Origin: Raja brachyura
Taxonomy: Eukaryota
Length of the DNA stretch: 64,000 nt
Direction of reading: 5' to 3'
NCBI GenBank assembly: GCA_963514005.1
Contig: OY740816.1
Location: 17,794,001-17,858,000 of the forward strand
The stretch's first letter is position 1. Each line of letters opens with the position of its first letter. Below are positions 39,286-49,584 of this stretch, piece by piece. A model generated the notes under the pieces. It made no database searches, was not told where the DNA came from, and saw only the letters and a list, made by a program, of their open reading frames with translations. The position numbers and the translations under genes are program-made.

Positions 39286-39490
39286 CTGTTGTCCTGGTAT
39301 GAATCCTGCACCTGATTATCAGTCTCTAATTGAGAAAGCAGATCCAGGCGCTTGTTGATCTTAGCAATGATGGTGTCCGTAGCTGTATTTTTGGGAACTT
39401 CCCAAGACTTGTTGCCAGCATTGTAGCCGTAATTTGTTGCAGTACTGGGTATGGTATCTTGGGTATAACTGTAATCATAGCCATCATACT
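39286..39490 (-). CDS. AKAP8L: AKAP8L-like, coding exon 3
   Basis: 205 nt, phase 1-2; YDGYDYSY...NKSWEVPK...DTIIAKINKRLDLLSQLETD (family motif IAKINQRLD). Confidence 0.92.
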
Positions 39491-40519
39491 CTGAAATTAA
39501 AATATATATTTTTTGGTTAGAAATACAATCTATAGACTTTAGAACACTCTCCAGTACCTGCACATTTTTCCTAAAGCATCGGATCCAAATTTATAAGCAT
39601 ATGTTCACTTCCCATAATGATGCCGAATTATCATTCAAATAACTTGACATTTACTAGATATATTGTAATAACTTAATGTTTCCAACGTGAAACCACTAAT
39701 GGTTCTTTAAGAATAAAATGGAAAACATTGGACTCTCTTAACACAATGACAAATTTAAAACATTGACATGGTCAGCACAAGAACACTAATAAATAGTTCA
39801 TTCAGGTGCCCTGCTTGTTACACTATGCTGACCTGTTAAATCAACAGCACATCTCCTCAAAGCCAACAAATGTATCATTTTTGAGTACGCGAAGCTATGG
39901 CTGCAGAATTCAAAAGAATCATTCTCCTCCGAAAAAAGAAATGTAATCTCTCAGTTCTAACAGCTAACTTTGAGACTGTGATCACTCATTGCAGGCAGCG
40001 TATCAGGGACAACTTAATACCAATGTCATACCCAAATTCACTTTGGCAAAACCCCACCCAAGAGTTTTGTATACTTCAGCAAGATCATCACTTATTTTTC
40101 CAAAACTCAGGAGAACATAGGCACAGTTTGCTTAAACTGAGTTCATAGAACCCCAAGACCCACCACCCCATCAGTCATTCTGGTGCTCATTGCACTCCCG
40201 TTATAGTGTATAGTACATCACGTACAGTCTCGACAGACCCTATACAATTCCAGTAAAATGGTCTTGTTCGCAAACCTTCTTGAAATAAAGGTCAATAGAT
40301 GGTACCTTCCGAACTCCTTGCCGCAATTTCATTTTAATTGTGTACTTAATGTACAAGGACATCTACATCCTTCTAAACACAAATACTAATACTTGTATTC
40401 TCTTATGTTGTAACAAATCACTGTTTAAAATCACCATTTGAACTTTCTACCCATGAAAACCATCTCACATTTTCCCCATATTATAATTCTAGATAAGTAC
40501 AACACGTAAAAGTTTGAAG

Positions 40520-41165
40520 ACGACCAGAAACTTCACCCATTCTTTCTCTCCAGAGATGCTGCCTGTCCCATTGAGTTACTCCAACATTTTGTGTCTATCC
40601 ACAGAAAAAGGCCATTTAGCTCAGCGAGTTCACTGCAACTATCAACAACTCATTTTTACACTAATCTTTTATTGCCCCCACATTCCCATCTGTTCCTCCC
40701 CAAATTGTACTGCTCACCAAATTCTACTGCCTACAGTAGCAGCAATTTATATTAGCCAATTAATCTGCCAACCCATATTTTAGGATGTGGGAGGAAACTG
40801 GAGCACCCACAGAAAACCCACGTTGTTATAATGAGAATGTGCAAACTCCATTTAGATAGCGCCATAAATCAAGATTGAACCTAGGTCTCTGGATAGGCAA
40901 GTCATCAGCTTTACCACATGCACCATGCTGCCACCTTTAGACTTTAGAGATATAGCACGGACACAGGTTGTTCGGCACACCGAGTCTGCAACGACCAGTG
41001 CATCACACTGTACACTAGAACTATCCTACACACTAGGGATAATTTACAATTTTTACCAAAGTCTACAAACCTGTACCTCATTGGAGTGAGGGAGAAAAGC
41101 AGGGCTCCTGGAGGAAACCCACCCAGGCACAATGAGAATGTACAAACTCTGTACAGACAGCACAG
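40520..41165 (-). mobile_element. Cluster: pLTR-derived repeat plus two HE1/V-SINE-like SINEs
   Basis: CTCTCCAGAGATGCTGCCTGTCCCATTGAGTTACTCC at about 40546-40582; SINE bodies GGATGTGGGAGGAAACTGGAGCACC (about 40783) and GAGAATGTACAAACTCTGTACAGACAGCAC (about 41134-41163). Confidence 0.75.
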
Positions 41166-41929
41166 TCTGACATTTTCTCAGCTAAAAAAAAAGCCCTTGT
41201 GTATTCTTGTCATGAACACCCTACTTTGCAGCACCAGCTTGCTTGAATTGTTCGAGGTTCCATCATCCACATTCAGTTTACTACCCCAAATAGAAATGCA
41301 GCATATGCACCGAATGCAACCTCTATTTATTCTGCAAAGAACCCTCAACAGATTCATCAAGCATGGAGTTCCCTTTCATAAATCTACCATGCCTGCACAA
41401 ATCAATCTGGTGAGTTTTCAACCCACTCCCTCTGTCACACTATAATCATTCCTTAAAAAAGAAAGACCAGGATGGCACACAGTATGCCAGACAATCTCAC
41501 AAGAACCCTAAATACTTTAAAAAAACAAAAACTTTAATAGACAATATTTTCTATAATTTAGACTTATCCCTACTATTAATGGCAAGTTACGGCAAACCTA
41601 ATACTTTGGTTAACCTAATAATGTTTAAGAGAGAACTGCAATGTCCAATTCTCCATGGGGTTAGAATACTTCCACAGCCACATAAACTTGTTCTTCCATG
41701 CAATAAATTCAGGACTAATCCAATCTCGGACTCACCACCATCATCCTAGTTACATCCTCATGCCCCTTGACTCCCATGTGGATTAAGTATCTGTTAAACT
41801 CCAGATTGAATTTATTCAATCACCCCACCTCCAGGAAACAGAATTCCAAAGATTCACAACACTCAAAAGGAAAATAAATAAAGACAACCCTTATTTTGAA
41901 ATTATGTGCAGATACTCTTCTTCTTCTCT

Positions 41930-41952
41930 CCCCCCCCCCCCCCCCCCCCCCC
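41930..41952. repeat. Poly-C tract (about 23 nt)
   Basis: Read directly; a similar tract lies at 57659-57681. Confidence 0.9.
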
Positions 41953-42331
41953 GAGCAATTATCCTTTTTTCAAGGACCCATAGGGGTGGAAGACTGCAAC
42001 CTTCCTGTTTCGGCGAATGCAGTTAACCCGGTGTGCAGAATCAAATAGAACCAGTTATCCTACAACTTTAGGTTGTGCACGCCATACGCAAGAAGAAGAA
42101 GAAGAAGCACCCATAGAATCTTGTACTTTTCTCGATCATCTCTTCGGAATGATCATGAAAGATCTTTCATCTCAACAATTATCCTAGTTATTTCTCCCCC
42201 ACAATGTAAACATATTGTTCCTTAAATATGGCGATGAACTGTACACCGTATGTCAGAAGCTTCTAAACTCCAATCTCTTGCAAATACAACATTCTGGTAG
42301 ACTTCCTAATTAATTTTAGTTTAGTTTAGAG

Positions 42332-42554
42332 CAGGGGTTCCCAACCTTTTACATCCCGTTTACCCCTGACAACTTTAATAGCACATAACAATGTTATTTC
42401 ACATATTTATGAACTAATGATGAACAAATACCAGAACCAAACACAGTCAGTCAATGAGAAAAAAAATGTACAAACCCGGAATCATCAAATGTACCCCCTG
42501 GGTTGGTGAAATTTATCCCCCGGGGGTAAATTTATCCCAGGTTGGGAACCCTTG
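42332..42554. mobile_element. hAT-type (Charlie/Buster-like) MITE
   Basis: TIRs CAGGGGTTCCCAACC ... GGTTGGGAACCCTTG; 8-bp flanks GTTTAGAG / TTTTAGAG (7 of 8 match, central TA). Confidence 0.85.
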
Positions 42555-42730
42555 TTTTAGAGATACAGCATTGAAACAGGCCCTTCGGCCCACAAGTCCA
42601 CACCAACCAGCGATCACATTAGATCTATGTTATTCAACTTTCTCATCCACGTTACACATTAGGGACAATTTACAGCGGCTAATTAACCTATAAACGTAGG
42701 TGTCTCTGGGATGTGGGAGGAAACCCTCCA
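42555..42730 (-). mobile_element. HE1/V-SINE-like SINE (3' part)
   Basis: TTTAGAGATACAGCATTGAAACAGGCCCTTCGGCCCAC tail; GGGATGTGGGAGGAAACC body. Confidence 0.75.
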
Positions 42731-43029
42731 GTCCTGGCCACATCCTCATAAAACACTGTATACAAAAGACATATACAATGTCTGCTTCCCAATAAGTATG
42801 TTAATACATGGATGCACACCTAGCTTCTGTAGTTTAAGCTACATTTTAACTACTCCTGTGTTCAAAACATCTAACATGCAGATCAGTTACTCGCATAGTT
42901 AACAGTCAGTAGCACGAGCAAGAACTTGCAGCATAACATGCATGCATGAGTCAATTGGAAGTTCTCAACATTCTATTTAACCAGTATCAAAGGACACCCA
43001 TTTTAGGACATAACCAAGGCCTATCTTAC

Positions 43030-43077
43030 CTTGTGAATTAGTGGCTCCAGTGTTCCAAGAATCACCAGTTCCGTAGC
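43030..43077 (-). CDS. AKAP8L: AKAP8L-like, coding exon 2
   Basis: 48 nt, phase 1-1, TTACAG/GTAAGA; YGTGDSWNTGATNSQ; same length as paralog exon 61484-61531. Confidence 0.88.
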
Positions 43078-43619
43078 CTGTAATGAAATACATCCAAGAA
43101 CATTTAAATAACAAATCAATATTATGGTTTGCAAGTAGTGGATAATTTATGATTCATGCAAGTTGATGAAATTTTAATTCAATACAGATCTTGATTTCCA
43201 TCCTAACTGAATTGTTAACTATACACTGAACCCGTCTCAATTACTGCTACAACCCAAGTCAGCTAATTGGATCTTTGAATTATGAAACAGGCACACAGGT
43301 CAGACCATCAAGCCCTTGGCCTTAGCTCTGGTATCCTATCATGTACTCAGATTCCACAAGAGTGCAAATTACTGATCTCAAGTTTGAATACATTCAATGA
43401 CTGAGCATCCACTGAAAGAAAATCTACAGGTATTAAAAGAGATTTGGTATAATCTCAAACTTAATTAATTTGTAGCGCTCTTAGAACCTAAACACACGTG
43501 TAAATGGCAAAAAAAAAAATTCTAGAATAGCAATAAGAATATTCTCCCACTGTACTAAATTTTTTGAGTAAAAGGTTTACCAAATTTTCTTTTGATATGA
43601 TTTTACCACTTTCTTAGCC

Positions 43620-44290
43620 ATTGCATTCCAGATTCAGCAGGGAAGTGTAACATCAGGTAGAGCCATGGTGGTAAGTGACTCTAGATAGGGGTGTAGACAG
43701 GAGATCCTATGGCAGCAGTCGAGACTCCAGGATGGTGTGCTAGCGGGCTGGTGCCAGGGTCTAGGATGACTTGGAGCAACTGCATGACATTCTCAAGGGG
43801 GGCTTCCCGTGCCACCAAGGGTAAGATCAGAAAGATTGGGGGAGATGAATGGGCTGTTGAGGAGTTGACGCATGGATTTTGATTTCTGGTCCATTGGGAT
43901 CTCTACAAGAGAGATGGGTTGGACCTTAATCAGAGGGGAACCTGGCAGGCAGGTTCACTAGTTCAACATGGTTAATATTAACACGGTTCAATAATGACCG
44001 GGAATACATTCAAAATGCTGGAGTAACTCAGCGGGACTGGCAGCATCTCTTGAGGGAAAGAAAAGGTGATGTTTCAGGTCGAGACCCTTCTTCGGACTTT
44101 ACTTTACTGGGAATTTGAGTATAAACGATTTAGACAAGGTAGAATTTGTCAAACGGGTTCAGGAAAGTCTCCTCAGGCAATGTGTAGAGGTCAACGCTTG
44201 ACGAAACGTAGGAAACTTAGGAGAGGGGCAAGTGAACATGTGGACAAAGTGTTTATGGATGAGCATTTGAGGACAATGCCCTGTATTTAA
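43620..44290 (+). mobile_element. Decayed CR1 5' region (ORF1 esterase-like) interrupted by a pLTR-derived repeat
   Basis: GCCATGGTGGTAAGTGACTCT (GDS-like) and TACAAGAGAGATGGGTTGGACCTTAAT (DGLHLN-like); pLTR repeat at 44013-44098. Confidence 0.5.
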
Positions 44291-44774
44291 TACCCAAACT
44301 ATAAGGTCTCAAATGATTCAATCATACACACTCACTGATGGTGAGCAGTGAGCTGATAGTGAGGTCAAGGATAACTAAATGGCCAAGGAACAGTGTGCAA
44401 GAGATAGTGAAAATACATGCCAATTTCACCCGCATTGCTATTTACATTTAGGTCGCAGTCTTCAGAAAGTCAAGTGAGGATTCAAACATGACTGGGTGGT
44501 GCTTAACCCAGGCGACTATGTGTGCTCGTCCCAGAAGCGGATCTACAATCACTCCACATTTTTAAATCTCTACACCTACAGCAACATTTCTTAAGCTATG
44601 ATCTCCTCCCAGATCAGTCCATTCTCCAGTTATCAGACAACTGAACAATCCTACCACAATTAGAGAGCAGCCCTGATCAACTATCCATCTCATTGGGAGA
44701 CCCTTTAATTGGACTTTATTGGCTTTATCTTGCGATAAACGTTATTCCCATATACACTGTGAATGTTTCGATTG

Positions 44775-45035
44775 TTTAAGTTTAGAAATGCAGTGTGGAA
44801 ACAGGCCCCTCTGCCCACCGTCCAGCAATCCCCATGTACATTAACACTATTCTACACATACAGTCGGGGCAATTTACAATTTTACCGAAGCCAATTAACC
44901 TACAAATCTGTTTGTTTTTGTAGTGTGGGAAGAAACCGGAATGTGCGGTAAAAAACCCACGCGTTTATGGGGAGAACATGCAAACTCCCGACATAGAACC
45001 CGGATCTCTGGCGCTGTGAGGGTATACCGTTGAGC
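44775..45035 (-). mobile_element. HE1/V-SINE-like SINE
   Basis: TTTAGAAATGCAGTGTGGAAACAGGCCC tail; GCCAATTAACCTACAAA; GGGGAGAACATGCAAACTCC. Confidence 0.75.
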
Positions 45036-45096
45036 CATTATAAACATGTGTTGCCTTTCTGTTGACTGGTTAGCACACAACAAAAGCTTTCCACTG

Positions 45097-45259
45097 AAGA
45101 TAGACAAAAAAAAACTGCATAATTCAGTGGGGTCAGACAGCATCTCCGGAGAAAAGGAATAGGTGATCTTCTCCGAAGATGTTGCCTGACCCACTGAGAT
45201 ACTTCAACATTTTGTTTCTATCTCCAAATTAAACCCGCAATCTGCAGTTCCTTCCTACA
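45097..45259. mobile_element. Palindromic pLTR-derived insertion with 16-bp direct repeats
   Basis: CAAAAGCTTTCCACTG (45081-45096) / CAAAAGCTTTTCACTG (45260-45275); arms TCAGTGGGGTCAGACAGCATCTCCGGAGA / TCTCCGAAGATGTTGCCTGACCCACTGA. Confidence 0.75.
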
Positions 45260-45286
45260 CAAAAGCTTTTCACTGTACCTCGGTAA

Positions 45287-45865
45287 AGGGCCTGTCCCAC
45301 TTTCACGAGGTAATTCATGAATTCTCCCGAGTTTTCCCCACGATTCAAATTTACAGAATGTTCATAACGAGAGCTCCAAAAAGACTACAAAAAGTAGTAA
45401 ACACTTCCCAGTCCATCATCGGCTCTGACCTCCCTACCATCGAGGGGATCTATCGCAGTCGCTGCCTCAAAAAGGCTGATATACCTACTATATTCTGTTG
45501 TGCTGAAACAAAGCAAGAATTTCATTGTCCTATCTGGGACACATGACAATAAACTCTCTTGAATCTTGAAGAGTTTGTAGATATATCCTAGTCGTAGGTT
45601 CTCATGGCATCAGGTAAGTTGGGACGTTTTTTCCAGCCCGATAAAAAAAGTAAATGAATAAAAAAAAAGGTTGGGATTAAAGAAATTGCAAATTTTTACT
45701 CGTAAGGAGGGCATTAAAATAGTAGTGTGAATTCATAGACATACTCGTAGGAGTTCGTGAACATAGTCGTGGAAGGTCGTAGATTACCACGATCTTGATC
45801 TATTTTTTAGGTCCTTTAAACTCGGCAGACGTTTTGAATTAAGTCGTGAAAGTGGGACAGGCCCT
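45287..45865. mobile_element. MITE of the same TIR family as 5583-6105, with a nested Rex-like LINE 3' fragment (about 45372-45570)
   Basis: AGGGCCTGTCCCACTTTCACGA ... TCGTGAAAGTGGGACAGGCCCT; internal GAATTTCATTGTCCTATCTGGGACACATGACAATAAACTCTCTTGAATCTTGAA. Confidence 0.85.
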
Positions 45866-46012
45866 TAAACCAGTGAATCCCAACCAAGCGGGCTCGCGTC
45901 GGAGCCGGGCCCGCGCACACGCCAGGCGTCGGCGGCGCGCACGTCCAGCATAGGCGGCGCGCACGGGCGGGAGCCGGGGGCGCGCGACCCGAACAATCCA
46001 CGCTGATCAGCT

Positions 46013-46030
46013 GCCGCCATTTTGTGGCGT
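46013..46030 (-). promoter_or_regulatory. YY1-type motif in CpG-rich intron 1 of the minus-strand gene
   Basis: Minus strand ACGCCACAAAATGGCGGC contains the YY1 consensus AANATGGCGGC; identical copy at 49395-49412. Confidence 0.7.
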
Positions 46031-46648
46031 CCCGAACCGTTTCAAACAAATATCCTCTCCTAACACTCACAACGCACATCGCTCACAATGTGTGCGTGGA
46101 ACCGGCGGCGGGACTCCGCCTTCAACACAAGGCACCGAAAATCGTACACACAGCCGGGAAAAAAAGGCAGCAATTTGTAGAATCAATCACCAAAATCAAC
46201 ATGACGACTGATAACAACCGATTTAGCTCGAGAAGGAGTATGTGTAATGCTTTAAAAACGTAGTAAATTATAACATTTATGATTAATGGGTTTCTGAAGC
46301 TCTTAATTAAGAAATCTGTTTAAAGATACGACACAAGTTCCGGTAAACCTAACGCAGTGGTTTGATTGCCAGGCGGATTAACCAATGGTACGTCGGCATT
46401 CAGGCGACCTGCAGCCTCCTGGCCAATGAGATTAGAGGGGGTGGGATATCCGGTGCCGCCAAGTTAGGTTGGTCTCACGTTAAAGCGAAGCGTCCCGGGC
46501 GGAAATTAAGGACAATTATTTAATCATCCCTCCCCTCCACGGTCGCCAAACAACAGTATCTAATAGTAGCGCAATTTAAACAGAAATTAGGCTCAAAAGC
46601 TGAACGAGGATCTTTTGAAAAGTTAAACAAAAGCGCTCCATAGTTTAC

Positions 46649-46667
46649 CTGAGTACCAAGAATCCAT
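46649..46667 (-). CDS. AKAP8L: AKAP8L-like, coding exon 1 (MDSWYS)
   Basis: AAAATGGATTCTTGGTACTCAG|GTAAAC; good Kozak context; 19 nt, phase 1, same length as paralog exon 1; completes a 1998-nt open frame. Confidence 0.85.
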
Positions 46668-46699
46668 TTTGATTTCGTTAAATTCAAAAAGGCTCTCGC

Positions 46700-46800
46700 C
46701 CGCTCCCGGAGACTGGCCTCGCAGCGGAAGTGCCGCACATTGGGCCGCCCTTTGTGCGATGCGCCCGATCTTTTGTTTCTGATTGGCCGCTTCAACCATC
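46700..46800 (-). promoter_or_regulatory. CpG-rich promoter of the minus-strand gene
   Basis: ETS/GABP-type GCGGAAGTG at 46723-46731 and NF-Y box CTGATTGGCCG (GGCCAATCAG on minus) at about 46779-46789, just upstream of the ATG. Confidence 0.6.
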
Positions 46801-46985
46801 GTTCAAGATGCGTTGCAGCGTCTAATCTGCATAATGGCATCATTGTATCAAGAAAGGATACAAAGCGCTGTAGGAACTCAGTGGGTCAGGCAGCATCTTT
46901 GGTCTGGAGATAGACTTGGTTCTTGGTCCTCCAAAATATTATAACTGGAGGTGGTGAAGGGAAGGGGTTTAGCCAGAGAGGGTTA

Positions 46986-47290
46986 TTAGGAAGAAAGTGC
47001 CACTTTAAATTTAGTTGCATCTGGCTGGGCAACCGTGGCTTGGTGGAGATTATTCCATGCTTTAATAGTGCGTGGAAGTAACAAATTGCTGTACGCATCT
47101 GTCTTTGAGGCTGGGACCACAAATTGGATCGAATGCACTCGTCTGCTCCTAATTGGTTTGGGGCTGGTGTAGGTCTTGTGATCTATGTCTAGATGACCAT
47201 TTAACATTTTGTAAAAACAGGTCAAACTGTGAGCTTCACGTCTGTCTTGGAGAGGGTTCCACTGTAGAGAATTCAGAGGTTTGGTGACAC
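46986..47290 (-). mobile_element. 3' end of a CR1/L2-group LINE distinct from the dominant CR1 families
   Basis: SVTKPLNSLQWNPLQDRR...LTCFYKMLNG...YSNLLLPRTIKAWNNL is a typical post-RT C-terminal segment. Confidence 0.7.
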
Positions 47291-47292
47291 TC

Positions 47293-47648
47293 AACTCAGA
47301 GGGTCAGGCAGCATCTCTAAGGTTGAATCCAACGGGTCAGGCAGCATCTCTAAGGTTGGACTCAGTGTGTCAGGCAGCATCTCAGGAGATGGATTCAGTG
47401 GGTCAAGCAGCATCACTGGAGATGGACTCTCAGCGGGTCTGGCAGCATCTCTGGAGCAGGATCGTACCAGAGATGCTGCCTGTTACTCCTGTGTTTTTGT
47501 GTCGAGCATCTATGGAGAAAGATATTAAGCACTGGAGTAACTCAGCGTGTCAGGCAACCTCTCTGGACAAAGACACAAAGCGCTGCAGTAACTCAGCGAG
47601 TTGGGCAACATCTCTGGATATGGACATAAAATGCTGGAGTAACTCAGA
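47293..47648 (+). repeat. Tandem array of pLTR-derived units (five of about 33 bp, then about 54-bp units)
   Basis: ACTCAG(A/T)GGGTCAGGCAGCATCTCT(AA/GG).. repeated five times at 47293-47457, then GCATCT...GGA...AAG..CTGGAGTAACTCAG units to 47648. Confidence 0.85.
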
Positions 47649-48114
47649 GGTTCACCCAATAATTAAACACAACACTTTATTGAGCGCTTCAGTCTGTGGC
47701 ACCATCCTTGCCTGGTGTACTCTGTTATCATTCATTCCGCTCTCCACTTTTGAGGCAGAACCTTCTATAGATTCATTTAATGGAGGTGATTGCCAATACC
47801 CACGATGGACCGTTTGGAGTCCACTACTTTTGTAATCTCTAATTGAAACAACATTCATTTACGTTGCATCCTTATTGCAAAAATGCGCCATTGTACTATG
47901 CACATTCTTACAGCGTATAAACTTGACAGGAATGTTTTAAGAACATAATAATGCAAGCTGGGTTAGCCTTGCTCTCTTCTGTACCTCAGATTTACTTTTC
48001 CATTTTATCCTTGTAACTCCAAGTGTTTAGAAAGAAAATTCCAAAGGTTTACCTTTCATATGAAGAATTTTCTCTCAACTTTAAATGAGACAACTATTAT
48101 TTTTAAGCTAAATA

Positions 48115-48480
48115 TAGATACAAAAAGCTGGACCAACTCAGCAGGTCAGGTAGCATCTCTGGTGAAAATGGGTAAGTGACGTTTTGGATCAGGACCCTTC
48201 TTCAGATTGTTTGTGGTAGGGAGAGTGGGGCAAAAAATTGGAAGTGAGGGGGAAACAGGACAAATCAGGGCCAGCAACAGATGACCCCAACAAGGAGGTT
48301 CCTGATGCACTGACTGTTGGCTGGAGATAGGTGTGAGCCCAAGGGGGATACATAGTTGTGAACTGACTTTAATGGAGGAAGGGGGAGAGGGAAGGGTTTG
48401 TCGAAGTGACCTAAAGTTAGAGAAATCTGTATATTCATACCCCCACTGGGCTATAAACTGCCCAAGCGAAATATGATTAA
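48115..48480 (-). mobile_element. Penelope-like element 3'/pLTR fragment
   Basis: pLTR repeat at 48115-48207, then ACCTAAAGTTAGAGAAATC..TATTCATAC..CTGGGCTATAAACTGCCCAAGCGAAATATGA homologous to 50507-50569. Confidence 0.7.
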
Positions 48481-48609
48481 CAATATATTTAGCTCAAGAC
48501 CATTTTCCGACCATGAGAAGAATTTACACAACTTTATGACTGTCAGCCACCAATTGTGGACTTTTCGACCTTGTGGGGAAAGAGTGCAATAGCCATCTTT
48601 GGTAGACAG

Positions 48610-48765
48610 TGAAGCTCGCGTGATCACAGCGCTGATTGCGGCCACGTGACAACTCGACGGTGGCGACGACTCACGTGACCCGTTCGGCCCCAACATGCGT
48701 CTGACGTAACCACGCTTGTGTGACGTCGCCGAGGCCCGAGTGTTCCTGGCTGAAGCGGGATCACA
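48610..48765 (+). promoter_or_regulatory. CpG-rich promoter of the plus-strand gene with clustered E-box and CRE motifs
   Basis: GCCACGTGAC (48641), TCACGTGAC (48671), TGACGTAA (48702), TGACGTCG (48721) within 125 nt of the ATG. Confidence 0.65.
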
Positions 48766-48784
48766 ATGGACGGTCGCTACGGAG
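48766..48784 (+). CDS. AKAP8: AKAP8-like (AKAP95 family) paralog, coding exon 1 (MDGRYG)
   Basis: ACAATGGACGGTCGCTACGGAG|GTTAGT; 19 nt, phase 1; resembles the recalled AKAP8 start MDQGYG; the AKAP8 versus AKAP8L assignment is tentative. Confidence 0.8.
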
Positions 48785-49394
48785 GTTAGTCTGATCGGGA
48801 TTCTCCTGGAATTGTTCTTTAATGCGCTCATAAAGCTCGCAGTGGTGCAATCGCCAACTATTCGCCAGTATTGTTTTCGATGTCGCACCCACTCCGTGCG
48901 CTGCAAATCCTTTTTTTTTTAAATTTTGCCAGGTTCGCCTGAGTTACAGGCGGGCCTTTCCCCATGTCGCCCGCGGACTGGGTTGAGTTGCCACCAGCGC
49001 CTCATGCGTTAGGCTGCTGCCGCTGTCAATCTACTCGATAGCCAGGCCTACTCTTGGGTGAACGCCTATTCTCTTTTACTCCTGTCGTGTAAAAAGCAAA
49101 CACTAAAATACATGGAAATTTCACCGTCAAGAGAAAGCCGAGTTCCTTTTCATTAAAGGAACCCACCCCCACCCTACTCGTGTTATAATGTGTGTGGCGC
49201 GCGCTTTCCACGTGCGAAATAAATCACTTTCCAGTTTAAATAGCGTGTATAAAAACTTTTTTTTCTGTTCGGGTTCTAGGCCAGATTTGCGTGTGTTAAT
49301 ATCTGTTTTTCAGTGGGTTTGCGAGCGAGCGAGCGGGTGGGCGGTGGGTGGAAAGGGCCCGCGCCCACCTCCCTCCAGCAACCCGCTCGCTTCA

Positions 49395-49412
49395 ACGCCA
49401 CAAAATGGCGGC
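49395..49412 (+). promoter_or_regulatory. YY1-type motif in CpG-rich intron 1 of the plus-strand gene
   Basis: ACGCCACAAAATGGCGGC, identical to the minus-strand copy at 46013-46030. Confidence 0.7.
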
Positions 49413-49584
49413 GCCTCCTTCCCTCCCCCGTCCTGGGCGCGGCCCCGCGCACTCATGCACGCGCGCGGGCACAAGGGGAGGGGGGCGGTGTTACGCGTAG
49501 CGCGCCTTTTTGAAGCGGCCCTGCGGCAATCTCTTTCATTCCGTCTCCTTCTCACACATGGAGGTACAAGCGGAGCTCGTACAA

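Noticed and set aside
45865-46020. ATG at 46020 (MAAADQ...) as the start of the minus-strand gene
   Set aside because: It lies within the YY1 motif and has no good donor; the 19-nt MDSWYS exon at 46649-46667 matches the paralog and the phase
47281-47835. 184-aa ORF with GQAASL repeats as a novel gene or CRISPR-like array
   Set aside because: By-product of tandem 33/54-bp pLTR-derived units; non-ATG start, no unique spacers, eukaryotic context
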